Assembly: GCF_000012905.2 (NCBI RefSeq)
Contig: NC_007493.2
Location: forward strand, 2,730,001-2,762,000
Reading direction: 5' to 3'
DNA length: 32,000 nucleotides
Source: Cereibacter sphaeroides 2.4.1
GTDB taxonomy: Bacteria; Pseudomonadota; Alphaproteobacteria; Rhodobacterales; Rhodobacteraceae
Part shown: piece after piece, positions 18,878 through 28,303 of the stretch
Layout: every line of letters begins with the position of its first letter
Numbering within the stretch: position 1 is the first letter of the stretch
Made by a program: the position numbers and the translations under genes
The notes under the pieces: model-generated
Told to the model about the DNA's origin: nothing
The model's database searches: none
The model's input: only the letters and a program-made list of their open reading frames with translations

Positions 18878-18939
18878 AGGATGGCCCTTCGCCGCCCCAA
18901 TGGCTAAGGGAGGCCCGCTCGTCGGGCAGGGAGAGCGGG

Positions 18940-20163
18940 GTGAGACAGGGACAGGAGACGGCGGAACGGTCGGGCGGGGCCGAGCCCGGGCTGCGCGGCT
19001 CGAACCAGAGCGGGATGCGCGCGCATAACGAGCGCCTCGTGCTGTCGCTCGTTCGCCGCGAGGGGGCGCTGGCCAAGTCCGACATCGCGCGGATGACGGG
19101 GCTGTCGGCACAGACCGTCTCGGTCATCATGCGCGAGCTGGAGCGCGACGGCCTCCTGCGCCGGGGCGAACCGATCCGCGGGCGGATCGGCCAGCCGTCG
19201 GTGCCGATGTCGCTCGCGCCGGAGGGCGCCTATTTCCTCGGCCTCAAGATCGGCCGCCGCTCGGCCGAGCTGGTGCTGATCGACTTTCTCGGCCGGCCCG
19301 TCGCCTCGCGCCGGAGGCTCTATCCCTACCCCACGCCCGATGCGGTGGTGGCCTTCACCGCCGAGACCCTGCCCCGGCTGATGGAGAGCCTGTCGCCCGA
19401 AAGCCGCACGCGTGTGGGGGGCCTCGGCATCGCCATGCCGTTCCAGCTCTGGAACTGGGTCAGCTATGTGGGCGCGCCGCAGGCCGAGATGGACGCCTGG
19501 CGCACCCGCGACATCCAGAGCGAGCTCGCCGCCCTGACCGGCCTGCCCGTCCATGTCCGCAACGATGCAACGGCCGCCTGCGGGGCGGAACTCGTCTTCG
19601 GCAGCGGCGCGCGGCCCAAGGACTTCCTCTACTTCTACTTCGCCTATTTCATCGGCGGCGGCCTCGTCCTCAACGGGCACCTCTTCGCGGGGCGGACGGG
19701 CAATGCGGCGGGCGTGGGCCCCATGCCGGTGCCGGGCCGCGACGGCCAGATGCGGAGGCTTCTGAACGTGGCCTCGATGTCCGTCCTCGCCGAGGCGTTG
19801 GAGCAAGCGGGCGAGCCCTCGGCCGCGCTCTGGGAGGATCCCGGGCGCTGGGAGGTGAGCGGCCCGATCCTCGAGGAGTGGCTCGAAGGAGCGGCAGCAG
19901 GCCTCGCCTCGGCCATCCTCTCGGCCGCCGCGCTGGTCGAGATGGAGACGGTGGTGATCGACGGCTGGATGCCGCCCGCGATCCGGGCCGACATCGTGCG
20001 GCGCACCCATGCGGCGCTGCACCGGCTCGACCTGTCCGGCATCGAGCCGCCGCTGATCCGGGAGGGCACCGTCGGTGCTCAGGCCCGTGCCCTCGGGGCG
20101 GCTGCGATCCCCCTGTCGCAACGCTACCTCGTCGAGGCGATGGGCGCCGGGCAGGAGAGCTAG
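18940..20163 (+). CDS. frcR: ROK-family transcriptional regulator, 407 aa (GTG start as given in the track)
   Basis: The N-terminal winged helix-turn-helix is NERLVLSLVRREGALAKSDIARMTGLSAQTVSVIMRELERDGLL, followed by a ROK sugar-kinase-like domain. It is divergent from the frc operon. The start codon is uncertain; the ATG at 19015 is an alternative. Confidence 0.8.
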   Translation: MRQGQETAERSGGAEPGLRGSNQSGMRAHNERLVLSLVRREGALAKSDIARMTGLSAQTVSVIMRELERDGLLRRGEPIRGRIGQPSVPMSLAPEGAYFLGLKIGRRSAELVLIDFLGRPVASRRRLYPYPTPDAVVAFTAETLPRLMESLSPESRTRVGGLGIAMPFQLWNWVSYVGAPQAEMDAWRTRDIQSELAALTGLPVHVRNDATAACGAELVFGSGARPKDFLYFYFAYFIGGGLVLNGHLFAGRTGNAAGVGPMPVPGRDGQMRRLLNVASMSVLAEALEQAGEPSAALWEDPGRWEVSGPILEEWLEGAAAGLASAILSAAALVEMETVVIDGWMPPAIRADIVRRTHAALHRLDLSGIEPPLIREGTVGAQARALGAAAIPLSQRYLVEAMGAGQES

Positions 20164-20287
20164 CTTTTCGCGCCTGCGACGCTTGACTTGTGAAGGTCAG
20201 AGCACCAGTTTGGCCAAAATCTCGCTGAACGTGAAAGAAATTCATGACCTCACGACCTTTCGCACCCGGAAAGGAGGCGCCGGCGGC

Positions 20288-23137
20288 ATGTCTCTGGCTC
20301 TGATTGCCGCTCTCCCGTTTCTCGGGGCCCTGCTTCCGGGCCTGATGATCCGATCCGGGCGCACCGCCTGCGCCGTCGTCACAGGCAGCGTCACCGCCCT
20401 CGCGCTTCTGATGCTGGGGCTCCATGCCCCCGCCGTGCTCCGGGGCGAGATCGTGCAGACGCGCATCGACTGGATGCCCGGCCTCGGTCTCAACGCGAAT
20501 TTCTTTCTCGACGGGCTCGGACTGCTGTTCGCCGGGCTGATCCTCGGGATCGGCCTGCTCATCATCCTCTACGCGCGCTTCTACCTCTCGCGGCAGGATT
20601 CGATGGGGCAGTTCTACAGCTATCTCATGCTGTTCCAGGGCGCGATGGTGGGGATCGTCCTGTCGGACAATATCCTTCTGCTCCTCGTCTTCTGGGAGCT
20701 GACCTCGCTGTCGTCCTTCCTGCTCATCGGCTACTGGAAGCACCTGCCCGCGGGCCGTCAGGGGGCGCGGATGGCGCTGACCGTCACCGGCATGGGCGGC
20801 CTCTCGATGATCGCGGGGATGCTGATCCTCGGCCAGATCGCGGGCAGCTACGATCTGACGGTGATCCTTCAGGCGCGGGACGCGATCCATGCGTCGGAGT
20901 GGTATCTGCCGGCGCTGGTGCTGATCCTGATCGGCTGTTTCACCAAGTCGGCGCAGTTCCCGTTCCATTTCTGGCTGCCGCACGCCATGGCCGCGCCCAC
21001 GCCGGTCTCGGCCTATCTGCATTCGGCCACGATGGTGAAGGCGGGGCTCTTCCTCATGGCGCGAATGTGGCCCGCGCTGGCCGGCACGCCGGAGTGGTTC
21101 TATCTCGTCGCCACCACCGGCCTCGTGACGATGGTCGTGGCCGCCAAGATCGCACTCTTCAAGGACGATCTGAAGGCGCTCCTCGCCTTCTCGACCGTCT
21201 CGCATCTCGGCCTCATCACGATGCTTCTGGGCTTCGGCACCAAGTCCGCCGCCATTGCCGCCATCTTCCACATCATCAATCACGCGACCTTCAAGGCCGC
21301 GCTCTTCATGACCGCGGGCATCGTCGACCACGAGGCCCACACGCGCGACCTGAAGCGGCTCGGCGGCCTGCGCAAGCTGATGCCCATCACCTTCACCATC
21401 GGCACCGTCGCGGCGCTGTCGATGGCGGGCATCCCGCCGCTGAACGGGTTCCTCTCGAAGGAGATGATGCTCGAGGAGGCCGCCCACACCGTCTGGTCCG
21501 GCCAGGCCTGGCTGATGCCGGTCTTCGCCACGCTGGGCGCGCTCTTCTCGGTGGCCTATTCGCTGCGCTTCGTGGCCCACACCTTCCTCGGGCCGGTGCG
21601 CGACGACTATCCCCACCGCCCGCACGATCCGGGCTTCGGCATGTGGGCGGCCCCCGCCTTTCTCGCGGCGCTCGTCGTGGCCATCGGCCTTGCGCCGATG
21701 CCGATGGCGGCCTGGCTGGTGGATGCGGCGGCGGGCGCCACCACGGGCGAGGCGGTCCATGCCCATATCTACCACTGGCACGGGCTGACCCCCGCGCTCT
21801 GGATGTCGGTCGCGGCCATCGGCGGCGGCCTCGTGCTCCTCGGCCTCCACGCGCCGCTGATGCGCGCGTGGCTCGCCACCCCGCGCCCCGAGGCCAAGCG
21901 CCTGTTCGACGGTGTGGTGGAGCCGCTCGCAGCCTTCGCGCGGCGTCTCTCCACGGGGCTGCATGACGGGGCGCTCAGCCGCTATTTCGCCATCGCCACC
22001 TTCGCGATCCTTGCCGTGGGTCTCTATGCCTTCTTCTCGGGCGGCCACTCCGCCGGGACGCGGGCCCCGACCCCCGTCGAGGTGGTGCCTGCCGCGGGCT
22101 GGCTTCTCCTGATCGTTTCGACCGTGACGCTGGTCCTCTTCCACCACAACCGCGTGGTGGCACTGGTGGTGCTGGGCGTGGTGGGCCTCGTCGTCTCGAT
22201 GGGGTTCGCCTATCTCTCGGCCCCCGACCTCGCCCTGACGCAGATCCTCGTCGAGGTGGCGACGGTGATGCTTCTGCTGCTCGCGCTGAACTTCCTGCCC
22301 AAACGGACGCCGATGGAGAGCTCGGCCTCGCGGCGGTTCCGCGACGGGATCCTGTCGGCAGGCGCGGGCCTTGGCGTCGGCTGCCTCATCTACATGATGA
22401 TGACGCGGGACTTCGCCTTCCCCACCATCGCGGACTATCACCTCGCGAATGCCAAGACGGGCGGCGGCGGCACCAATGTCGTCAACGTGATCCTCGTCGA
22501 CTTCCGCGGCTACGACACGTTCGGCGAGATCACGGTGCTGGGCATCGCGGCCCTCGTGATCTTCGCCGTCACCGAGACGATCCTGCGGCCCGGCCCGGCC
22601 AACAGCCGCCTCCTCTCCTGGGCGCAGGAGCATCGGCAGGCGGGCGACCGCCATCCGCTGATGCTCGTGGTGGCCACGCGGATGATGCTGCCGGTGGCGA
22701 TCGTCGTGGGGATCTACATCTTCCTGCGCGGCCACAACATGCCGGGCGGCGGCTTCATCGCGGGCCTCGTGGTGGCCATCGCCGCGCTCATGCAATACAT
22801 GGCCTCGGGCTTCGGCTGGACGGCCGCGCGCAAGCGGTTCGAATATCACGCGCTGATCGCGATGGGCGTGCTCATCGCCGGCGCGGCCGGGGTCGGCGCC
22901 TGGTTCGCGGGACGGCCGTTCCTGACCTCGGACTACGGCTACGTCCACCTGCCCCCGCTCGAGGAGTTCGAACTGGCCACCGCGATGATCTTCGACACCG
23001 GCGTCTTCCTCGCCGTGCTGGGTGCGGTTCTGCTGGCGCTGGCCTCGATCTCGCGGATCGCCGTCCGCGCCGGCGAGGAGGTTTCCTCGTCGCCCTATGA
23101 CATCGACCTGCCGCGCGACGGCTTCGGAGACCGCTGA
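20288..23137 (+). CDS. mrpA: Mrp/Pha monovalent cation/proton antiporter subunit A with fused subunit B, 949 aa
   Basis: This is the internal ATG (MSLALIAALPFLGALLPG) of ORF 20075..23137, with a GGAGG ribosome-binding site. The sequence is NuoL/MrpA-like. The length is about that of MrpA plus MrpB, and no separate mrpB gene follows. Confidence 0.88.
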   Translation: MSLALIAALPFLGALLPGLMIRSGRTACAVVTGSVTALALLMLGLHAPAVLRGEIVQTRIDWMPGLGLNANFFLDGLGLLFAGLILGIGLLIILYARFYLSRQDSMGQFYSYLMLFQGAMVGIVLSDNILLLLVFWELTSLSSFLLIGYWKHLPAGRQGARMALTVTGMGGLSMIAGMLILGQIAGSYDLTVILQARDAIHASEWYLPALVLILIGCFTKSAQFPFHFWLPHAMAAPTPVSAYLHSATMVKAGLFLMARMWPALAGTPEWFYLVATTGLVTMVVAAKIALFKDDLKALLAFSTVSHLGLITMLLGFGTKSAAIAAIFHIINHATFKAALFMTAGIVDHEAHTRDLKRLGGLRKLMPITFTIGTVAALSMAGIPPLNGFLSKEMMLEEAAHTVWSGQAWLMPVFATLGALFSVAYSLRFVAHTFLGPVRDDYPHRPHDPGFGMWAAPAFLAALVVAIGLAPMPMAAWLVDAAAGATTGEAVHAHIYHWHGLTPALWMSVAAIGGGLVLLGLHAPLMRAWLATPRPEAKRLFDGVVEPLAAFARRLSTGLHDGALSRYFAIATFAILAVGLYAFFSGGHSAGTRAPTPVEVVPAAGWLLLIVSTVTLVLFHHNRVVALVVLGVVGLVVSMGFAYLSAPDLALTQILVEVATVMLLLLALNFLPKRTPMESSASRRFRDGILSAGAGLGVGCLIYMMMTRDFAFPTIADYHLANAKTGGGGTNVVNVILVDFRGYDTFGEITVLGIAALVIFAVTETILRPGPANSRLLSWAQEHRQAGDRHPLMLVVATRMMLPVAIVVGIYIFLRGHNMPGGGFIAGLVVAIAALMQYMASGFGWTAARKRFEYHALIAMGVLIAGAAGVGAWFAGRPFLTSDYGYVHLPPLEEFELATAMIFDTGVFLAVLGAVLLALASISRIAVRAGEEVSSSPYDIDLPRDGFGDR

Positions 23138-23472
23138 TGGAGATCCTCGTCGCTTCCGCCGTGGGCACCCTGACCGCCGCCGGGATCTACCTGATCCTGC
23201 GGATGCGGACCTTCCCCGTGATCGTGGGGCTGGCCCTGCTGAGCTATGCCGTGAACGTCTTCATCTTCGCCTCTGGCCGTCTCGCGGTCGGTCTGCCGCC
23301 GGTTCTGTCCAAGACCGCTGAGGCCTACACCGACCCGTTGACCCAGGCGCTCGTGCTGACGGCCATCGTGATCTCCTTCGGCATGACCGCGGTGATCGTG
23401 ATGGTGGCGCTCGGCGCCTTCCTCGAGGCCGGCACCGACCGGATGGACAGCGACGACGAGGCCGGCCAATGA
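23137..23472 (+). CDS. mrpC: Mrp/Pha antiporter subunit C (NuoK-like), 111 aa
   Basis: This is the full ORF. It has three transmembrane helices, and its start overlaps the mrpA stop (TGATG). Confidence 0.85.
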   Translation: MEILVASAVGTLTAAGIYLILRMRTFPVIVGLALLSYAVNVFIFASGRLAVGLPPVLSKTAEAYTDPLTQALVLTAIVISFGMTAVIVMVALGAFLEAGTDRMDSDDEAGQ

Positions 23473-24980
23473 ACCACTGGATCATTGCCCCCGTCGTCCT
23501 GCCGGCCGTGATCGCGCCCCTGATCGTGCTGCTCATGCGCCACGATCTCGTGCTGCAACGGGTCTTCTCGCTGGCCGCGACCGTCGCGCTCTGCGGCGTG
23601 GCGGGCGTGCTTCTGGCCACCGCCGCCACCAATCCGCCCGAGGCCTATTTCCTCGGCAACTGGCCCGCGCCCTTCGGCATCGTGCTGGTCCTCGACCGGC
23701 TGGCGGCGATGATGGTGGCGCTCACCGCCTTTCTCGCGCTGATGGTGCAGCTCTACGCGATCGGCAGCGGCTGGGACCGGCGCGGCCAGCATTTCCACGC
23801 GCTCTTCCAGTTCCAGCTCATGGGGATCTGCGGCGCCTTCCTGACGGGCGACGCCTTCAACCTCTTCGTCTTCTTCGAGGTTCTGCTGATCGCGAGCTAC
23901 GGGCTCATGATCCACGGCGGCGGCCGGGCGCGGCTGCGCTCGGGCGTGCAGTATGTGGCCTACAACCTCGTGGGCTCGACCCTCTTCCTCTTCGCGCTGG
24001 CCACGATCTACTCGGTGGCGGGCACCCTCAACATGGCCGATCTGGCCGAGCGGATCGCCGCCCTGCCCGAGGGCGAGGCCGCCATCCTTCGCGTCGCGGG
24101 CGTGCTGCTGCTGGTCGTCTTCGCGATCAAGGGCGCGCTGGTGCCGTTCCAGTTCTGGCTGCCCGGCACCTATGCCTCGGCCCCGGGGCCGGTGGCCGCG
24201 CTCTTCGCCGTCATGACCAAGGTGGGCGCCTATGCGGTGATCCGGGTCTTCAGCCTGATATTCCCGCCCGAGACGCCCGCCACCGGCGCCTTCTTCTCCG
24301 AGCTCCTCTTGCCCGCGGCGCTGGTGACGCTCGCGCTTGGCGCTGTGGGCGTTCTGGGCGCGGCGAGCCTCGGGCGGCTCGTGGCCTTCGGCGCCATCGC
24401 CTCGATGGGCACGCTCTTCACCGCGATCTCGGGCTTCTCGCCCGAGACGACCGCCGCGGCGCTGTTCTACCTCCTGCATTCGACGCTGGCGACGGCGGTC
24501 CTGTTCCTCGTGGCCGATCTCGTGCTGGCCCGGCGCGGCAGCGAAGACCTGATCCAGCGCCGTCCGCCCATCGCGCAGGAGGGGCTGATCGCCTCGCTCT
24601 TCTTCCTGGGCGCCATCGCGCTGGCGGGGATGCCGCCGCTGTCGGGCTTCCTCGGCAAGCTCCAGATCCTCGACGCGCTGCGCGGCCCGAACATGGTGGC
24701 GGTCTGGGCCACCGTGCTCGTCACCTCGCTCCTGATGATCGTGGGCTTTGCGCGGGCGGGCAGCCTCCTGTTCTGGAAGTCGCATGAAACGCTGATGGAG
24801 GCCGATCCGCACGAGCCCGATGTGCTGTCCTTCGCCGCGGTTGGCGGCCTCGTGGCTGCTCTCGTGGCCCTGACGCTCGCGGCGGGCCCGGTGTCGGGCG
24901 CGCTCGGCTCGGTGGCCACGGAACTGGCCGAACGCACGCCCTACATCGCCGCGAACCGCCTCACGGAGCAGCCGCAATGA
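23469..24980 (+). CDS. mrpD: Mrp/Pha antiporter subunit D (NuoN/NuoM-like), 503 aa
   Basis: This is the full ORF. The sequence is of the proton-conducting membrane transporter family. It has an ATGA overlap with mrpC. Confidence 0.88.
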   Translation: MNHWIIAPVVLPAVIAPLIVLLMRHDLVLQRVFSLAATVALCGVAGVLLATAATNPPEAYFLGNWPAPFGIVLVLDRLAAMMVALTAFLALMVQLYAIGSGWDRRGQHFHALFQFQLMGICGAFLTGDAFNLFVFFEVLLIASYGLMIHGGGRARLRSGVQYVAYNLVGSTLFLFALATIYSVAGTLNMADLAERIAALPEGEAAILRVAGVLLLVVFAIKGALVPFQFWLPGTYASAPGPVAALFAVMTKVGAYAVIRVFSLIFPPETPATGAFFSELLLPAALVTLALGAVGVLGAASLGRLVAFGAIASMGTLFTAISGFSPETTAAALFYLLHSTLATAVLFLVADLVLARRGSEDLIQRRPPIAQEGLIASLFFLGAIALAGMPPLSGFLGKLQILDALRGPNMVAVWATVLVTSLLMIVGFARAGSLLFWKSHETLMEADPHEPDVLSFAAVGGLVAALVALTLAAGPVSGALGSVATELAERTPYIAANRLTEQPQ

Positions 24981-25468
24981 TCCGCAGGCTCTTTCCCCAT
25001 CCGTGGCTCACGGTCACGCTGATCTTCGTCTGGATGCTACTCGTCAACAAGCTGGCTCTGGGCAGCCTCGTCTTCGCCGTGCTGCTCGGCATCGCCATCC
25101 CGCTGCTCGTGGCGCCCTACTGGCCGGGACAGACCCAGCTCAAGAGCCCGCTGCGCCTCGCGGCCTATGTGGGTCTGGTGATCTGGGATATCATCAAGGC
25201 CAACCTCACGGTCGCCAAGATCGTGCTGTTCTATCCGACCGAGAAGATCCGCTCGGCCTGGATCGCCGTTCCGATCGAGCTCACCTCGCCCGAGGCGATC
25301 TCGATGCTGGCGGGCACGATCACCCTCACGCCCGGCACGGTCGTGACCGACGTCTCGGCCTGCGGGCGGGTGCTGCTCGTGCACTGCCTGCACGCGCCCG
25401 ACCCCGATGCGGTGCGCGAGGAGATCAAGACCCGCTACGAAGCCCGCCTCAAGAGGATCTTCGCATGA
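24977..25468 (+). CDS. mrpE: Mrp/Pha antiporter subunit E, 163 aa
   Basis: This is the full ORF. It has an ATGA overlap with mrpD, and its position and size are typical of MnhE/PhaE. Confidence 0.8.
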   Translation: MIRRLFPHPWLTVTLIFVWMLLVNKLALGSLVFAVLLGIAIPLLVAPYWPGQTQLKSPLRLAAYVGLVIWDIIKANLTVAKIVLFYPTEKIRSAWIAVPIELTSPEAISMLAGTITLTPGTVVTDVSACGRVLLVHCLHAPDPDAVREEIKTRYEARLKRIFA

Positions 25469-25734
25469 TCGCACTCGCCCTGACCTACGCGCTCGGCTGC
25501 TTCGGCGTGGCGCTCCTGTTCAACCTCGTGCGGCTCCTGCAGGGGCCGACCATCGCCGACCGGATCCTTGCGCTCGATACGATGGTCATCAACATGATCG
25601 CGCTGATCGTGCTCTACGGCATCCGCGGCGGCGGGACGATGACCTTCGAGGCCGCGCTGCTCTTCGCGATGACGGGCTTCGTCTCGACGGTGGCCTACGC
25701 GAAGTTCGTCCTGCGCGGCAACATCATCGAGTGA
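25465..25734 (+). CDS. mrpF: Mrp/Pha antiporter subunit F, 89 aa
   Basis: The start MIALALTYALGCFGVALLFNLVRLLQGPTIADRILALD lies within ORF 25003..25734. It has an ATGA overlap with mrpE. Confidence 0.8.
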   Translation: MIALALTYALGCFGVALLFNLVRLLQGPTIADRILALDTMVINMIALIVLYGIRGGGTMTFEAALLFAMTGFVSTVAYAKFVLRGNIIE

Positions 25735-25739
25735 TACTC

Positions 25740-26126
25740 ATGGACATGGCCCTCGAGATCCTGATTTCCGCCCTGCTCGTCATCGCCGGCACCTTCGGCC
25801 TGATCGGCAGCTTCGGCCTCCTGCGGCTGCGCGATGCGGTGCAGCGGCTCCATGCGCCGACCAAGGCCACCACGGTGGGGGTGGGTGCGGCGCTGATCGC
25901 TTCGGTGATCGACCTCTACCACTATCAGGACACGCTCACCTGGCAGGAGCTTCTGGTCGCCGCCTTCCTCTTCATCACCGCGCCGATCACCGCCCTCTTC
26001 CTCGGCAAGATCCACATGCACCAGAGCATCCCGCGCGAGAAGCTGCCCGACACCGGCACGAAGCGCGACTGGGCCACGTTCGATCCGACTTTCAAGGGCC
26101 CCGAGCCGAAGCTGCCCGGAGACTGA
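25740..26126 (+). CDS. mrpG: Mrp/Pha antiporter subunit G, 128 aa
   Basis: The start MDMALEILISALLVIAGTFGLIGSFGLLRLRD lies within ORF 25407..26126. It has the typical MnhG motifs GxxRLxDxxxRLHA. Confidence 0.8.
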   Translation: MDMALEILISALLVIAGTFGLIGSFGLLRLRDAVQRLHAPTKATTVGVGAALIASVIDLYHYQDTLTWQELLVAAFLFITAPITALFLGKIHMHQSIPREKLPDTGTKRDWATFDPTFKGPEPKLPGD

Positions 26127-26259
26127 CCTTCCCGCGACGCTTCCCGGGCCGCCTGCAAACGGAGCGTGGCCCCGCGACGCTACTTAACGTCGCTTGACCG
26201 GCGGCGGGCCGCATGCTTCTGGAGCAGGAGCTTTGCTCCGCGGAAAGGTGCGCCCTCCA

Positions 26260-27558
26260 ATGCTCGATCTGACGTCTCACTGGGCGGGGATTCTCTCCCT
26301 CGTCATATTCGTGGCTGCCTACATCCTCGTGGTGTTCGAAGAGGCCACGCACCTGCGGAAAAGCAAGCCGGTGATGCTGGCTGCGGGCCTGATCTGGTTG
26401 CTGATCGGGCTGGCCTACGCGATCGCCGGCCGCGGCGAGGAGACCTACGAACTCTCCGCCCACATCATCGAGGAATATGGCGAGCTGTTCCTGTTTCTGC
26501 TCGTCGCCATCACCTATGTGAACACGCTCGAGGAGCGGCGCGGCTTCGAGGTGCTGCGGGCGAAACTCGTGAGCATGGGGCTCAGCTACCGCAGCCTGTT
26601 CCTCCTCACGGGCGCGCTGTCGTTCTTCCTGTCCGGCATCCTCGACAACCTGACGACGGCCCTCGTGATGGGCACGGTGGTCATGGCGCTCGGCTCGCAC
26701 TCGCCGCGCTTCGTCACCATCGGCTGCATCTCGATCGTCGTGGCGGCCAATGCGGGCGGCGCCTTCACCCCCTTCGGCGACATCACCACCCTGATGGTCT
26801 GGCAGAAGGGCAGGCTCGACTTCTTCGAGTTCTTCGCCATCCTGATCCCCTCGCTGGTGAACTGGGCGGTGCCTGCCGCGATCCTGTTCTTCGCCGTGCC
26901 GAAGGGCACTCCGGACGCGCAGGCCGAAACGATCCGCGCCAAGCCCGGCGCGCTCGGCGTGGCGATCCTCTTCGCCGCCACCATCGTGACCGCCGTCAGC
27001 TTCAAGAACTTCCTCAATCTGCCGCCGGCCCTCGGCATGATGCTGGGCCTCGGCTATCTCCAGCTCTGGTCCTATGTCCTCAAGCAGAAGGGCACGCGCT
27101 GGCGCGACGACGACATGGTGCTCGACAGTTTCCACCAGATCCAGCGGGTCGAGTGGGATACGCTGCTGTTCTTCTTCGGCATCATCTTCGCCGTGGGCGG
27201 GCTCGGCGTTCTGGGCTACCTCACGCTCGCCTCCGAGCTGCTCTACACCGACCTCGGACCGACTGCCGCCAACATCATCATCGGCGCCCTCTCGGCCATC
27301 GTCGACAACATCCCGCTGATGTTCGCGGTGCTGACGATGGACCCTGCCATGTCGCACGGCGAATGGCTGCTCATCACCCTCACCTGCGGCGTGGGGGGCT
27401 CGATGCTCGCGATCGGGTCGGCGGCCGGCGTCGCGCTCATGGGGCAGGCCAAGGGCGCCTACACCTTCATGGCGCACCTGAAATGGACCTGGGCCATCGC
27501 GCTCGGCTATTTCGCCTCGATCGGCGCGCATCTCGTCATCAACGCGCACCATTTCTGA
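26260..27558 (+). CDS. nhaD: NhaD-type Na+/H+ antiporter (ArsB/NhaD permease superfamily), 432 aa
   Basis: This is the internal ATG (MLDLTSHWAGILSLVIF) of ORF 26194..27558. It is a multi-spanning protein with the NhaD-like motifs LDNLTTAL and VDNIPLM. Confidence 0.75.
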   Translation: MLDLTSHWAGILSLVIFVAAYILVVFEEATHLRKSKPVMLAAGLIWLLIGLAYAIAGRGEETYELSAHIIEEYGELFLFLLVAITYVNTLEERRGFEVLRAKLVSMGLSYRSLFLLTGALSFFLSGILDNLTTALVMGTVVMALGSHSPRFVTIGCISIVVAANAGGAFTPFGDITTLMVWQKGRLDFFEFFAILIPSLVNWAVPAAILFFAVPKGTPDAQAETIRAKPGALGVAILFAATIVTAVSFKNFLNLPPALGMMLGLGYLQLWSYVLKQKGTRWRDDDMVLDSFHQIQRVEWDTLLFFFGIIFAVGGLGVLGYLTLASELLYTDLGPTAANIIIGALSAIVDNIPLMFAVLTMDPAMSHGEWLLITLTCGVGGSMLAIGSAAGVALMGQAKGAYTFMAHLKWTWAIALGYFASIGAHLVINAHHF

Positions 27559-27564
27559 GGTGCG

Positions 27565-27586
27565 GGCCGCGCCTTCGGGCGCGGCC
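27565..27586. terminator. GC-rich hairpin in the convergent gap between nhaD and yqgE
   Basis: ggccgcgcc (27565-27573) pairs with ggcgcggcc (27578-27586) around a ttcg loop. The plus-strand tail is ttcccgtt, only a weak U-tract. Confidence 0.4.
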
Positions 27587-27610
27587 TTCCCGTTCCGCCG
27601 CGGTGGCCGG

Positions 27611-28165
27611 TCAGGCGTGGCCTGCGGTCGACGAGAGCGTCAGCGGGTCGATCCCCATATGGCGCAGCATCCCGGTCCATTTGCCGGGATCATCGTCCGA
27701 GAAGACGAGTTCGGAGGGCGCCTCGGCCGTCAGCCAGTCGTTGCGCTGCACCTCCGCCTCGAGCTGCCCCGGCCCCCAGCCGGAATAGCCCAGCGCCATC
27801 AGCGCCGAGCTGGGCCCCTGCCCCCGCGCCAGCGCTTCGAGAATGTCGACGGTGGCGGTCATGCCGAACTTGCCCGAGACCAGCATCGTGGCCCCCACAC
27901 TCATGTAATCGGGCGAATGGAGCACGAATCCCCGCCCCCTCTCCATCGGACCGCCAAGATGCACCCGGATGTCGCGGCCGTTCGGCGCACGCGGGATGTT
28001 CAACTGCTCGAGCATGCCGGCGAAGCTGAGGTCCTCCACCGGCTTGTTGACGACAAGCCCCATCGCGCCGTCGGGCGAATGAGCGCAGATCAGCACGAGG
28101 CTGCGTTCGAATCGCGGATCCGCCATGCTGGGCATGGCGATGAGCAGGCTTCCTGAGAGATCCAT
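27611..28165 (-). CDS. yqgE: YqgE/AlgH family protein (UPF0301), 184 aa
   Basis: This is the internal ATG (MDLSGSLLIAMPSMADPRFERSLVLICAH) of ORF 27611..28567, with a GGGAGG ribosome-binding site. It has the characteristic LIAxPxMxDxxFxxSVI/L motif. Confidence 0.85.
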   Translation of the reverse strand: MDLSGSLLIAMPSMADPRFERSLVLICAHSPDGAMGLVVNKPVEDLSFAGMLEQLNIPRAPNGRDIRVHLGGPMERGRGFVLHSPDYMSVGATMLVSGKFGMTATVDILEALARGQGPSSALMALGYSGWGPGQLEAEVQRNDWLTAEAPSELVFSDDDPGKWTGMLRHMGIDPLTLSSTAGHA

Positions 28166-28303
28166 GCGCGCCTCCCTTTCCCCGACTATGGGGCGGCGCA
28201 GGCACCGGCTCAAGGGGGGGACGCCGCCACAGTCGCGCGAGGCGCGGGCGGGTTGGCGCAGTTGTGACTTTCCAACCGCCCCCTGCTGCGGAATTGTGCG
28301 TCC

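Noticed and set aside
20181-20260. A candidate promoter (TTGACT at 20183-20188) and an imperfect long-range inverted repeat (GTGAAGGTCA / TGACCTCAC) upstream of mrpA.
   Set aside because: There is no acceptable -10 hexamer at 16-19 bp spacing, and the inverted repeat has an indel. The evidence is too weak to report as a feature.
19670-22948. A 1092-aa ORF on the minus strand, the longest ORF in the window.
   Set aside because: It is entirely antisense to mrpA and the end of the ROK gene. The translation is Arg/Gly/Pro/His/Asp-rich low-complexity sequence with no recognisable domain. The plus-strand frame encodes a bona fide NuoL/MrpA-like membrane protein. Long stop-free antisense frames are expected at about 70% GC.
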